The notes under the pieces are model-generated. The model ran no database searches. It worked only from the letters and a program-made list of their open reading frames with translations, and was not told the DNA's origin. Shown piece by piece: positions 45,801 through 56,712 of a DNA stretch of 64,000 nucleotides (position 1 is the stretch's first letter; each line of letters begins with the position of its first letter). The stretch is from a virus. Made by a program: the position numbers and the translations under genes. The stretch is taken from IMG/VR virus record IMGVR_UViG_3300025648_000015, positions 1-64,000 of that record; one strand, given 5' to 3'.

Positions 45801-48217
45801 TGGCTACAGGTGATCCACTTGAGATACCGGTAAATTTTCAAGATAATACCGGTTCTACAGTACAAGGTTTTCAACAACTCGCTTCTGTAACAAAACAAAT
45901 ACGTGACGACGTAGAAGCCATTGATACCGCTATTTCTGGCGTTACTGATCGTGCAGACAAACTAAGAGGTTATTTCCAAGAAAACTTAGATGTTGTTACT
46001 GGAATTAAATCTATTTTAGAGATTGTATCAACACAAGCACAAGCTAACCAAGCTACATTTAGCAACCTTGTAATGCAATTGCAAGAAATGATGAATAGCG
46101 CAAGAGGCCTCGGCGGCAATGCCAATATGGGTCAAGCTATGCAGATGCTTGGTTTTGGTGGTAACACTGGTGCTGGTTACTTTGGTAACACTGGTTCTGG
46201 TGGATATAGTCAAAGCATCACTTCATCCGTAGACTTTTCTACTGACCCTAACGTACAAAGAACTTCCATTAATAACAGATTCGCTGGTAAGTCTAGAGAC
46301 TTTAGCGATCTTATGTCAGGAATATCTGGTGGCAATGGCAATAATATAGTACCACCAAACGCACCTCCATCTGGTGGATATGACGAAGAAGACGATGGTA
46401 GAAAAAGAGTCTTTGGCAATGCTCTAAGCCAAATAATTTCACCTACAGTTAATAATCAAGTGCCTAACGATTCTTTGCAAACAAGGCTTCAAGCGCAACT
46501 TAAAAATAATTATTCAAATATTGCTGATAGCATTATTGCTCAAAAAAAAGAAGGCAGAGCAGCAGAAGTTGCCTACAGACAATCTACTAATTTAATTACT
46601 AGAACACTTGGAAATAGAGCTGGTAGCTTTTACAAAAGTGTTCTTGGTAATCTTGGTATTGATAGAGAAACACTTAGACAAGCTCAAGCTGAAGCTAAAT
46701 ATGAAAATGTTCTTGATGCAAATGGTAACCCAACGTATTATCCTGGTAGTACCATACCAATTCAACAACGCACAAGCGAAATCGTTTCCGGTGGCACTGA
46801 AGATAAAATGCTTAAAATTGCTGACCACATTACAAGCATATTTGGATCTAAACTATTAACAAAATTTACTGAATTTGCTGGCTATGCAAATATTGCATCC
46901 GGAATTTACGGGGGTGCCGTTGCTATTGCTAACCAAGCACGACAAATTACTGGTTTTGCCCAAGCACAAGGACAAAACGTTGGTCAAGTAGATTATGGAC
47001 GTAGCGCTGGACAAGCCCTTAGTGCTTTTGTACAATCTGGATTTAATCTTAATCCATCTTTCAGTATGGCCGATGTTATGCAAGCTCAAAACAATGCTCA
47101 AGCTCTTGGTCTAAGAGGCGGAAACATACAACAATATGTTAATAATGCTTTGCAATTTAAGACACAATATGGTTTAAATGCACAACAAACTCAACAAATC
47201 ATTGGTGGTGGTTTAGCTGCCGGTGTAAACATGGGCGATACTGCTAACGCTTTTGCTTATGTACGTCAACTTGAAAATAATACTCAAACAAGTACAGCAT
47301 ATGGTAATCAAGCTTTTATGACTGGAATGTCTCAATATGCTGCTGGAGGAGCTACCGGCGTTGTAGCTGCGCAACTAGGTGCACAAGCTGCTCAATTTGG
47401 TGCAGGAAACTTTGTTTTGCAAGCACAAGGTGCAACTGGTACAGAGTTGTTAGGAACACAATTAGGCAATGCTTTGATGGCGCAAGCTCTTGGTACAAGT
47501 TACATGGGTCTATATGCAACAGAACGTAAATCTACTTCAGCACAATTGCAGACTGCTACATATACTTCTGATGAACAAATCCTACATTGGGCACAAATTG
47601 ATACAACAACTGATTATCAAGGTAGCCAAAAAAAGTTTGATGATAAAAACGCTGGTCAATATATGATCTTATCTGCTATCATGAGTCAACCTTCAATGGG
47701 TTCTGCTATAAATAAACAAGGTGACACACCACAACACGCAGGTAATTGGGCATGGGGCGTTGTAAAACAAGTACAAACTGCAAAAAAATATGGTGCACCT
47801 GTCGCATTCACTGATGCTACTGCTAGCGGTAATGTAAAGAAAATAGTTGATCAGACAAATCAAGCTGCTCCAGGCGGACAGCTTCGTATTAGAGGTGCTA
47901 GTTCAGAATATGTTTTTAAACAAGAACAAGAACATGCTCTAGAAGCACTTAATAAAGTAACTCAAGGTACAATCAATGTGCCAAAATCTGTTTACCAAGA
48001 AGCTTATAATGCCTATCAATCAGGAGATTATACGACTGCTACACAAGATATTTATGGATATAAAGCACCAAGCAATAACAATAATGCATCAACATCACAT
48101 GTTAGCCTTAGTTTTAATCCATCTACTGCACAAGCTCTTAGCTTTTCTATGCAAAACAATGCAGCTGGTTATACTACTGGCACTATACCACTTACTAAAA
48201 TACCAAAACATTTATGA
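45800..48217 (+). CDS. Tape measure protein
   Basis: 805 aa, Ala/Gly/Gln-rich helical composition, after the frameshifted chaperones. Confidence 0.8.
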   Translation: MATGDPLEIPVNFQDNTGSTVQGFQQLASVTKQIRDDVEAIDTAISGVTDRADKLRGYFQENLDVVTGIKSILEIVSTQAQANQATFSNLVMQLQEMMNSARGLGGNANMGQAMQMLGFGGNTGAGYFGNTGSGGYSQSITSSVDFSTDPNVQRTSINNRFAGKSRDFSDLMSGISGGNGNNIVPPNAPPSGGYDEEDDGRKRVFGNALSQIISPTVNNQVPNDSLQTRLQAQLKNNYSNIADSIIAQKKEGRAAEVAYRQSTNLITRTLGNRAGSFYKSVLGNLGIDRETLRQAQAEAKYENVLDANGNPTYYPGSTIPIQQRTSEIVSGGTEDKMLKIADHITSIFGSKLLTKFTEFAGYANIASGIYGGAVAIANQARQITGFAQAQGQNVGQVDYGRSAGQALSAFVQSGFNLNPSFSMADVMQAQNNAQALGLRGGNIQQYVNNALQFKTQYGLNAQQTQQIIGGGLAAGVNMGDTANAFAYVRQLENNTQTSTAYGNQAFMTGMSQYAAGGATGVVAAQLGAQAAQFGAGNFVLQAQGATGTELLGTQLGNALMAQALGTSYMGLYATERKSTSAQLQTATYTSDEQILHWAQIDTTTDYQGSQKKFDDKNAGQYMILSAIMSQPSMGSAINKQGDTPQHAGNWAWGVVKQVQTAKKYGAPVAFTDATASGNVKKIVDQTNQAAPGGQLRIRGASSEYVFKQEQEHALEALNKVTQGTINVPKSVYQEAYNAYQSGDYTTATQDIYGYKAPSNNNNASTSHVSLSFNPSTAQALSFSMQNNAAGYTTGTIPLTKIPKHL

Positions 48218-48223
48218 TAAATT

Positions 48224-48844
48224 ATGGCAGTTAATATCGTAGGAGGCAGTCAAAACTCATTAGACCAACCATTGTTGGTTAGTTCTGCCACGATCAAAGA
48301 CAATTATACTGGTAAAACTTATACTTTCCCTTTTAATGTTAATTCGTTAAATTGGTCGTACCAAGTAAACTCACAAAGCTACGATACTATTGGTGGCCGT
48401 GTAACTCAAATATTATCTGTAAGAATTAATACTATGCAAGTGCAAGGTGATGCTGGCAGTAGAGGCACTCTTATGGAATTATATGAAATCTTTAAAACTG
48501 TACAAGATAGCCAAAACCAGTCTAAAAAACCTATGACTTTTAGTATTCCTAGTAGAAATTTATCTTTTATGGTATTTTTACAAAACTTTCAAATGGGTTG
48601 GGATATCACTACAGTAACTTACCCATACTATCTTACTTTTGAAGTGCAACAAGATCTTACAAAAGTTGTTACGCAAAGCGCCACTTTAAAAGCTCTCAAT
48701 AGTTATTCAGCAACCGCTGGTGGCATTGGGTTTAATGAATTATGGACTGGTCTTAGCACAATTTCTCAAAGTACAAAAACCGCAAATATTCTTCAAGCAT
48801 TGGAAAACTCTAATGCTTCTCAACTTTTTACAACTGGTAGTTAA
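48224..48844 (+). CDS. Tail tube initiator/baseplate protein (putative)
   Basis: FPFNVNSLNWSY, TIGGRVTQILS, Y.LTFEV; position after the tape measure. Confidence 0.6.
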   Translation: MAVNIVGGSQNSLDQPLLVSSATIKDNYTGKTYTFPFNVNSLNWSYQVNSQSYDTIGGRVTQILSVRINTMQVQGDAGSRGTLMELYEIFKTVQDSQNQSKKPMTFSIPSRNLSFMVFLQNFQMGWDITTVTYPYYLTFEVQQDLTKVVTQSATLKALNSYSATAGGIGFNELWTGLSTISQSTKTANILQALENSNASQLFTTGS

Positions 48845-48846
48845 TT

Positions 48847-49044
48847 ATGGATAATAATACAAACATAAACAATGTTGAAGGTATGTATTCTGCTAATTGT
48901 AGGATATCAACACCTATTCTTTATCCACAAGCTAACGTAAAAAGTTTTAATGGATTTGCATGGAGTAATAGTATGGGGATGATACACGAAACATCTCCTA
49001 TAGTAGATGAAGGTTGGCAGCAATGGCTGGGAACGCAACAATAA
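48847..49044 (+). CDS. Small hypothetical protein
   Basis: 65-aa ORF filling the gap. Confidence 0.5.
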   Translation: MDNNTNINNVEGMYSANCRISTPILYPQANVKSFNGFAWSNSMGMIHETSPIVDEGWQQWLGTQQ

Positions 49045-49718
49045 CATTATTTGATGGTAAAAAATTAACTACATTTGAAGTATGGTTGCAAAGCATTAGT
49101 ACTAGTTCAACTAATCAATTTTTAACACAACAAACACGAGACGGGATATCTTGGCTCCCTATTAGACGTGCTGAAATGTTTGCTAATTTTACAATTGTTT
49201 GGTCATTGGTTAGTCTTAAGCCAAAAGGTACCGAACCAGATCTTGGTTTTGAAGATATTGATCCTACTGATGGTTTTTCAAAATTAAACAAATTTCAAGA
49301 TGCTATCAATGCTCATCAAATAGCTTATGTTAATGGTACGACTGCAGCAACAATGGAATTAAATTATTACAATAATTCTGATCCAACTTTACCTACATAT
49401 AATACTATTATTAGCAAGAACCCTTTACAACCGCTAAAATATAATGGTTGGATACAAATTGTAGAAAAACAATTTGTACGTTTTAAAAGTTATTTTGTTA
49501 CTAATTATACTATGAATATCTTAACAAAAAATATTGCAAACACCCCTTCATCTTCTTTGGAAGCTGGTTCTAAGATTACATATGCACCTTCTGCTTATGA
49601 TCAAGAAGCATACGGTGCTAGTTGGGTCGATCTTTATGCTACTGGCATTGTACAAGGAGCAATTAATACAAAAGCAAGTAGCATTAATAGTCAAAACGGT
49701 GGAGTGCCAAGCGCATGA
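49023..49718 (+). CDS. Baseplate protein (putative)
   Basis: Position; likely ATG at 49023. Confidence 0.55.
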   Translation: MAGNATITLFDGKKLTTFEVWLQSISTSSTNQFLTQQTRDGISWLPIRRAEMFANFTIVWSLVSLKPKGTEPDLGFEDIDPTDGFSKLNKFQDAINAHQIAYVNGTTAATMELNYYNNSDPTLPTYNTIISKNPLQPLKYNGWIQIVEKQFVRFKSYFVTNYTMNILTKNIANTPSSSLEAGSKITYAPSAYDQEAYGASWVDLYATGIVQGAINTKASSINSQNGGVPSA

Positions 49719-52501
49719 GTATTGAAACTGGTCAATCCGGAACTTTCTTTTATACTCCTGATATTAGTGTTGTTGTTAATACTAGTTCAGGGCCTGTAGA
49801 TATATCAGCAGATGTTGTTGACTTTAATTTACAAAGACAAATTAATGCCGTAAGTACTTTTACTTGTACCCTTAATAACCCAGGGTTTAAATATAACTAT
49901 GATGGTGGTTCTACACCTATATCAACCATGGATCGTATTGTAGTGTTCTTAAAAAGAACTAGTTACGTACAAGTATTTACTGGTTTTGTAACATATGCAC
50001 CCCTTGTAACTTTAATTCCTACTCCAATCCAGATCCAAGCTACTTGTACGCTTAGAATATTGCAATCAACTTACTGGGATGACACGCTTATCCAATTTCA
50101 AAATCTTCTTCTTAACTATATGGACTCTGCTGCTCAAAGCAGCAACAGCACACTTAATGACGGTGGTATTGCGCAAGCAGTCGTCAATGTCCTTTATAAC
50201 GTATGCAACTGGAATCCAAATAATATCCACATCCAAGGTATTCCAAATAGCTTTATTAATTTTACAGCGCAAGTATATAGTAATTTGATTAGTTCAGCAA
50301 ATGGACTAGACCAGAACTCTGTGCAAGAATTAAGTAAAATTATTAGTGCTGCTGGTGTTTCTAGTGGGCAAAATGCAGTAACAACTAATTCTGCAGGCGT
50401 TGAAACACTTACAAACAACCAAGCACCTGATGGTGGTATTGGTACTAAAATTTCTGTTAGCCAAGCAAAACCATTTATTACAACAGGAATTGGTGGGAAT
50501 CCAGCTTATTTCCCAGGGCCTAACTCAATGAACCCAGTTAATTCTTCATTGATTACTGAAGACATTTATTATTGTTCAGCCCCATTTTCTTATTTAAATC
50601 TACAAAACCAAACTGAAATTAATAATGCCAAAACTTGGTTGGCACAAAACCACGTTACGGGTAAAAACGATGGAAGACTTTTACTATTAATCAATCAAAG
50701 ATATAATAAAGTTGTTGCTGTAAGAACAACTAGTGTTCCACAAAAAACTACAGGAAAAAACAACCAAGCAATTGTTGATAAAAGTGTTGATTATTTTCAA
50801 GTACACCCTGGTGTAATAGCATATCTTACAAATAACGCAAACGATCCTAAATCGTATGACCCTAAAAATGCTACAAGCAGTATGTACTCAGAAGTTACTT
50901 ACTTATGGGCAGATCAAACTGTAGTTAACGTTGGTCCACAGAATGGTCTTAATTCAAATCTTATTCAAACAAATGCTAGTGTTAATTCTCAAGATGTATT
51001 AAACAATACAGCAATCGTTAATTCAGTTATTAGTAATATGAGAACTCAAGTTGGTCATACTAAATATGTTTATGGTGGCAGAACTCCAGGGGTTGGTTTT
51101 GATTGTTCTGGTCTGGTTCAATGGGCATGGAATACAGAATTTAAAAAAAGAAACGTCAATGCTTCATTGAATGCTAATACAAATTCTCAATTTGGTTCTC
51201 TTGCGCCGAGTGACAAACAAATGGTCAACGGTCCAGTTCCTTTAAACAACCAAATTTTAGGAACATATTTTGGTGTGAATGCGCAACCACAAGCTGGTGA
51301 TGCTTTGTATTTTTATAATATGCCAAAAGCAGGTGGAGATAATACACCACCACCGAACCACGTGGCAACATTAAGCATTGACTTTGGTCAACCTGGACCA
51401 AATGGTGAAAAAGCTAACCCCGATCAAGGTTGGTACATTGCAGCACAAACAAGCTCAGGGCCATTAAAAGATCAAATTGTTGAACAACCAATATATTGGA
51501 GCCAAATTGTTGGCGGTTATAATAATAAAAAAGCTCAAAGCAATGGTTCTATTTATTTAGGAGCTAGACGACCTTTGTCATTGTTTGGTGGCGCTACTAC
51601 AACTTTAAATTCAAATAGTTCAAACAATGGTAGTTATTATAATGCTAATGACCCATCACAAAGGTCTGCTTTAAACCTTACCAACGCTTTTAATACTCTT
51701 TTTCAAGCTCCACAATTTGACGTAAGAGCAAGTGTTATCCAAGGTTCACCAAGAGCGTTTTTACTTGATAACCCAGTAATGCAAGACATTACACAAATTA
51801 TGGGTGCTGGTCTTCGTCTATACCAAAGTGCGCCAAATGGTGACTTTGTTGCCTGGTTCCCTGATTACTATGGTATTTATGGCACTGATCCAGTTATGGA
51901 TATTAGCCCAGTAGAAATTATGGATTTCCAAATTTATCATGATGACAACCAATTAGCTACTCACGTAGGTGTCATCGGTGATACTACCGGTATTGGTCAA
52001 CAAGTTAGTTTCCAAGATTATATTACAACAAATGGTATTGTTAGCATCCAAGATACAAGCACTATGGAAATTTTGTTTGGTACTTATTTGGTTCAAAACA
52101 ATACTAATAACAATACTACAGGAAATACTCCAACATCTACTAACTTAAAAAATGTCCTTACATTTTTGAATAGATATGGTATGCGACCAATGGTCCAAGA
52201 GCAAAGTGTTATTCACAGTCATGCTATTGAATATTTATATGCTTTACAACAATTTATGCTTCAATGGGTTAACCAATTTGTTAGCACTGTCCAACTTACA
52301 TTTATGCCTGAACTTTATCCAGGTATGAGAATAAAGATAAACATGGATCAAAATAACGTTTATCATTTTTATGTAATGGGTGTTACTCACCAGGGTAGCC
52401 GTTCTGGTGGATTTACTACACAAGTACAATTAACTGCTCCTATGAAGGGTAATAAGATTCTTCACTATGGGCTTGATCTAGTGCCGAATGTAATATCATG
52501 A
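49715..52501 (+). CDS. Baseplate hub protein with inserted NlpC/P60 peptidase domain
   Basis: Hub-type N- and C-termini (FMPELYPGMRI...YVMGVTH...GFTTQVQL) flanking YVYGG..PGVGFDCSGLVQWAW...NHVA. Confidence 0.85.
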   Translation: MSIETGQSGTFFYTPDISVVVNTSSGPVDISADVVDFNLQRQINAVSTFTCTLNNPGFKYNYDGGSTPISTMDRIVVFLKRTSYVQVFTGFVTYAPLVTLIPTPIQIQATCTLRILQSTYWDDTLIQFQNLLLNYMDSAAQSSNSTLNDGGIAQAVVNVLYNVCNWNPNNIHIQGIPNSFINFTAQVYSNLISSANGLDQNSVQELSKIISAAGVSSGQNAVTTNSAGVETLTNNQAPDGGIGTKISVSQAKPFITTGIGGNPAYFPGPNSMNPVNSSLITEDIYYCSAPFSYLNLQNQTEINNAKTWLAQNHVTGKNDGRLLLLINQRYNKVVAVRTTSVPQKTTGKNNQAIVDKSVDYFQVHPGVIAYLTNNANDPKSYDPKNATSSMYSEVTYLWADQTVVNVGPQNGLNSNLIQTNASVNSQDVLNNTAIVNSVISNMRTQVGHTKYVYGGRTPGVGFDCSGLVQWAWNTEFKKRNVNASLNANTNSQFGSLAPSDKQMVNGPVPLNNQILGTYFGVNAQPQAGDALYFYNMPKAGGDNTPPPNHVATLSIDFGQPGPNGEKANPDQGWYIAAQTSSGPLKDQIVEQPIYWSQIVGGYNNKKAQSNGSIYLGARRPLSLFGGATTTLNSNSSNNGSYYNANDPSQRSALNLTNAFNTLFQAPQFDVRASVIQGSPRAFLLDNPVMQDITQIMGAGLRLYQSAPNGDFVAWFPDYYGIYGTDPVMDISPVEIMDFQIYHDDNQLATHVGVIGDTTGIGQQVSFQDYITTNGIVSIQDTSTMEILFGTYLVQNNTNNNTTGNTPTSTNLKNVLTFLNRYGMRPMVQEQSVIHSHAIEYLYALQQFMLQWVNQFVSTVQLTFMPELYPGMRIKINMDQNNVYHFYVMGVTHQGSRSGGFTTQVQLTAPMKGNKILHYGLDLVPNVIS

Positions 52502-53766
52502 GTGTTACAGGAAATCCATATGATAAAAAAATGGGCGTTATTAAAGTACGCCTTACATCACTTCCACAACTTCATCCTTTTAGCCTAGCAAACAATGCTG
52601 CACAAAATTATTATTGTCTAGCTTTAGACACAAAAGGTTTTCAAGTTGAAATCGATCTCCAAGCTATGCCACCAGGAGTTACACTTGCTCAATTACAACC
52701 TAACCAAGTTTGGTGGGTAGAAAAAAGAACAACATTATATAGGTTATATCTATACGGTGGCATATTTGATAGCACAAAAAATCAAGTAGTTAGTACAACA
52801 CCTCTACCGAGCAGTGCAGCAACAGGAGGAGTACCTGCAGGAACGCTTCTTGATTTTGCTGGCCCTGTTGCACCATCTGGGTATCTTCTATGTGATGGAT
52901 CTAGTTATTCTACAACTACATATAGTGGTCTATTCAATGCCATTAGTTATACATGGGGTGGAACTGGATCTAGTTTTAACGTACCTGATCTTAGAGGTCG
53001 TACAACGATTGGTGCAGGCAGTGGTACAGGGCTTACCCTTAGAGCTTTAGCTACTTATAGCGGTGAAGAAACTCACGTATTGGTATCTGGAGAAACTCCT
53101 TTAGTAGCTCACTCCCATGGATTCTCAGTGCCTGCACAAACAGGCCTTACAACTAGTACAGGAACTAGCAATACTGTCAGTTTGAATACAGCCGGTGGAT
53201 CTACTGGTTCAGGATCTACAGGAACTGGTACTACCAATTCAACTACTACTGTGGCAGGTAGTGCTAGTATTAGTTCTGGTACTACAGGAACCGGTACTGC
53301 TAATATTAGTGCTAGTACAAGTGTAAGTATAACAGATCCTGGTCACACACATAGTGCTGGATCTTATGCTTTTATGGTATACAACACTACTGGTGGTGGA
53401 AACCTTTATGGTACCGGAACCCCTAGTAACCACTTTGGTACTGCTAACCCAACTCAATCTGCAACAACAGGTATTACTTCTAGTGCTACTACTTCTGGTA
53501 GTGACTCTGGTCACACTCACAGTCTATCTGGTGTTAGTGTTAGCATCCCTTCACTCACCGTTAATGGTGCTACTATACCTGCACTTTCGATTCCATCTCT
53601 TTCTATTGCTTCTCAAGCAGTTACCGGTAGCGTATCTATTCCTGGTCTTGCTTTTACAGTGCCTGCCCAAACGGGGCTTACAACCAGCGGAAACACCGCT
53701 ACAACAGCTTCTGGCCACAATAATATGCAGCCATATGCCGTAGTTACCAAGATCATCAAGTATTGA
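52498..53766 (+). CDS. Spike-position protein with phage tail-collar domain
   Basis: VPAGTLLDFAG..APSGYLLCDG...LF..I...WG....FNVPDLRGR; HxH motifs; HNNMQPYAVVTKIIKY terminus. Confidence 0.8.
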   Translation: MSVTGNPYDKKMGVIKVRLTSLPQLHPFSLANNAAQNYYCLALDTKGFQVEIDLQAMPPGVTLAQLQPNQVWWVEKRTTLYRLYLYGGIFDSTKNQVVSTTPLPSSAATGGVPAGTLLDFAGPVAPSGYLLCDGSSYSTTTYSGLFNAISYTWGGTGSSFNVPDLRGRTTIGAGSGTGLTLRALATYSGEETHVLVSGETPLVAHSHGFSVPAQTGLTTSTGTSNTVSLNTAGGSTGSGSTGTGTTNSTTTVAGSASISSGTTGTGTANISASTSVSITDPGHTHSAGSYAFMVYNTTGGGNLYGTGTPSNHFGTANPTQSATTGITSSATTSGSDSGHTHSLSGVSVSIPSLTVNGATIPALSIPSLSIASQAVTGSVSIPGLAFTVPAQTGLTTSGNTATTASGHNNMQPYAVVTKIIKY

Positions 53767-53798
53767 TGTATAAAAAGCCCTATTTTGCCTAAGATACT

Positions 53799-54251
53799 AT
53801 GAAGACTATAACAGTTAGCAACGGTGATATTAAACTTAGTACAGGAAAAATACAGTTTTCCACAGGTAATGCTAAGTTAGTACAAGACATATCTTTATGG
53901 CTAAAAGAACCCATTGGCACTGGATTCACCACGCCTAACTTTGGTAGCCTATTGCCACAATTGGTTGGTGGGACACAATCTGCATCAACCATTAGTACAG
54001 TAACAAACGAAATCATTCGCGTATTACAACTATACCAGGGTCAACAAGCATTATATCTACAACAAGCACAAAATACAGCACAGCTTGCCAACTGGAATAA
54101 AAGTGAAATTATACAAAACATTGTATCGGTAAATGTATCGATACAGAATACAACAATATTTGCCGCTATTGCTTTAAACACTTTGAATAACAATACGGTA
54201 AATCTTAATCTGACGATCAATAGCAACGGAGTGAATATAACTAATGGCTGA
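53799..54251 (+). CDS. Baseplate wedge protein (gp25/W-like)
   Basis: KLVQDI...L.EPIG....PNFGSLL. Confidence 0.75.
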   Translation: MKTITVSNGDIKLSTGKIQFSTGNAKLVQDISLWLKEPIGTGFTTPNFGSLLPQLVGGTQSASTISTVTNEIIRVLQLYQGQQALYLQQAQNTAQLANWNKSEIIQNIVSVNVSIQNTTIFAAIALNTLNNNTVNLNLTINSNGVNITNG

Positions 54252-56712
54252 TACCTCAGGAGTTCTCGCTAGGCTACAAGCCGCCCTTTCAGTATACGAC
54301 CCCACCTGGGACGTCAGCGTTGGTACAGCCACGTATAAAATCCTAGAATCTGTTGCAAAAGAAATTGCTCTTGCTAACAATAACTCTGTTCTTCAAACAT
54401 ATAGTTATGATGTTAACACAAAGAATGGTATTGAATTAGATACATTTTGTAACTTGTTTGGTGTTTATCGCCAATTTGGTAAAAGAGCTTCTGGGCTTGC
54501 AACTTTTTCTGTTAATACTCCATCAACTAACATTATTGATATCCCACTAGGTACACAAATTGCTGTACCAATTGGCACTAATTATACGTCTGCAATTTAC
54601 TACGCAACTTCTGCACCAGCAATTATTGGCGTTGGTAGCACATCCGTTGACGTTCCAATCATTGCAACACTACCTGGAGCTTATGGCAATGTACCAACTG
54701 GTGCAATTACTACAAAAGTTAGTTCACTTGTTGGTATTACATCAGTAGTTAACAATAGTGCAATAACTGGTGGTCTTGACCCAGAAAGTGATGCTTCTTT
54801 ACGAGCTAGATGGCAAAGCACAGCTTTTAACAACAACATTGGTACACAAGGTAAGTATATTCTTACTGCTCTTCAAGATCCAAACGTAACTCTTGCTAAC
54901 ACAGTTAGTCAACAGACTTTCTATAGCGAACAACTACAAATTAATTCATCAATCAGTGGAACAGGCAATGCATTTACCATGCTGCTTGTAGCTTATTCTG
55001 GTATGACTAGCGTAATTAGTGGTACTACTTTTAGTGGGACCACAGTCGTTGCAAGCAGTGGATTTACCGGTTCAGTTACTGGTAGTGCGTTAGCTTCTGG
55101 AATAACTGCAATGATCAGTGGTGTTGCACCAAACTATCAAATTGTTGCATCACCTAACTCAAATACTAATACAGTCAATGGAACAGGTGTTTTAATTAAT
55201 TATAGCGCAGGTTTACCATATCGTATAATGATTGGTAGCGGTACTTCTATCCCAGGTGCAAGCGTTACTACCAGTGGCGTTACCACTGTAAGTGGTGTTA
55301 GTTACTATAGTTATATTCAAAGTGCAAACCCTGACATTGGTACTAGCGGTACATTGTCATATAATGGTACTTTTGGTGGATATGTCTACCCGCAGGGTAA
55401 TGAATTAATTGGTTCAAACCTTAATACGCCTTCACAAATAGTATACGCAAACAACACTGATTATTACTATCCTACAAACCCAACTGCCCCTCTAGTAGTA
55501 ACTATTGCAAACAATGCCAACCAAACTGCACTATTTGCTGGCAACCAAATACAATTAATTTCAGAATATTGCCCAGCATCAAGTAGGTCTATAACACTTG
55601 CTAGTGGTAATTTTATTGATATCTTTATTAATGGTACGTCAGCTTCTTCAGCAACTGAACAAGTTGTTTTTAATCCATCATTTACTTTAAGTTCAGGCAA
55701 CGCGATTGCTAGTCTAAACACTGTTAACTACACATTGGCTAGTGGTGCTGTAGCAACTACAAACTCAACAATTGCTAATGATATTTATATCCCATTAAAC
55801 CAACAACCTGTTATCAACTTCCCATCTCAGTTGTCTACATCAACTAGTGGAATAGCAGACAATATTTATCTTTACAATGTTGGCACAAGTAGTGGTACTA
55901 CTTACCCAATTGCTTTAAATAAATATCCATGGGTAACGTTTACAGGTACGGTTGTATCAGGAGCAACTACGAATGGAACAACATTTATTCCAGTAACAAA
56001 TGCCAATGGTCTATCACAGTTATACCCAGGTTTAGCACTCGCTAATAGTGCAATTGCATCAGGATCTGGTTACTATATTACACAAGTAACATCCAGTGGT
56101 GTTTATGTAAATCAAAATATTACTGCACCATCAGGTACTGCAACTACAGCAGCAATTAGCGGTAAAACTTTAGTTTACCCAATTTATGACACAACAGACA
56201 ATAAAAATAGTGTACTACAAACAACTGGCCTTGCATTTGATGTAACAACGCCACCAAGTGGTTGGCCTGCATTGCCAACACTTATGTCATGGTTGAAATA
56301 CAACCATAATTATAATAGCGATGTAGTTTCTGTAGAAACGTTGGTACAACAAAGTAGACCATTAGGAACAAACACTCTTGTTCACCAAGCAAACTATATC
56401 AACCTGGTTCTTAACCTTAGAATTGTGTTCTCATCTGGGTTTACTCCAACTTCAGTTGAAACAAATATTGCTAATAACCTTGCTACTTATTTTAGTAGTT
56501 TTTATTATCTTGGAAGTATTTCTTTCTCGACTCTTGCAGCTCAAATCCTATCAGTGCCAGGGGTATCAAACGTTAAAGTAACAAGTATTAATACTGTTGC
56601 TTTAGATGGAACAATACTCACTACACAATCTAGTGATTTTAACCTTGCAAGCAACCAATTACCATTGCTTAACGCAATTAACTTTACAGTTAAGGGAAAT
56701 AGTAATTTCTAA
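54244..56712 (+). CDS. Baseplate J-like wedge protein
   Basis: G.ELD.F..LFG..R, A..PG..GNV..G.IT, GG.DPESDASLRAR, VPGVSNV. Confidence 0.9.
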   Translation: MADTSGVLARLQAALSVYDPTWDVSVGTATYKILESVAKEIALANNNSVLQTYSYDVNTKNGIELDTFCNLFGVYRQFGKRASGLATFSVNTPSTNIIDIPLGTQIAVPIGTNYTSAIYYATSAPAIIGVGSTSVDVPIIATLPGAYGNVPTGAITTKVSSLVGITSVVNNSAITGGLDPESDASLRARWQSTAFNNNIGTQGKYILTALQDPNVTLANTVSQQTFYSEQLQINSSISGTGNAFTMLLVAYSGMTSVISGTTFSGTTVVASSGFTGSVTGSALASGITAMISGVAPNYQIVASPNSNTNTVNGTGVLINYSAGLPYRIMIGSGTSIPGASVTTSGVTTVSGVSYYSYIQSANPDIGTSGTLSYNGTFGGYVYPQGNELIGSNLNTPSQIVYANNTDYYYPTNPTAPLVVTIANNANQTALFAGNQIQLISEYCPASSRSITLASGNFIDIFINGTSASSATEQVVFNPSFTLSSGNAIASLNTVNYTLASGAVATTNSTIANDIYIPLNQQPVINFPSQLSTSTSGIADNIYLYNVGTSSGTTYPIALNKYPWVTFTGTVVSGATTNGTTFIPVTNANGLSQLYPGLALANSAIASGSGYYITQVTSSGVYVNQNITAPSGTATTAAISGKTLVYPIYDTTDNKNSVLQTTGLAFDVTTPPSGWPALPTLMSWLKYNHNYNSDVVSVETLVQQSRPLGTNTLVHQANYINLVLNLRIVFSSGFTPTSVETNIANNLATYFSSFYYLGSISFSTLAAQILSVPGVSNVKVTSINTVALDGTILTTQSSDFNLASNQLPLLNAINFTVKGNSNF

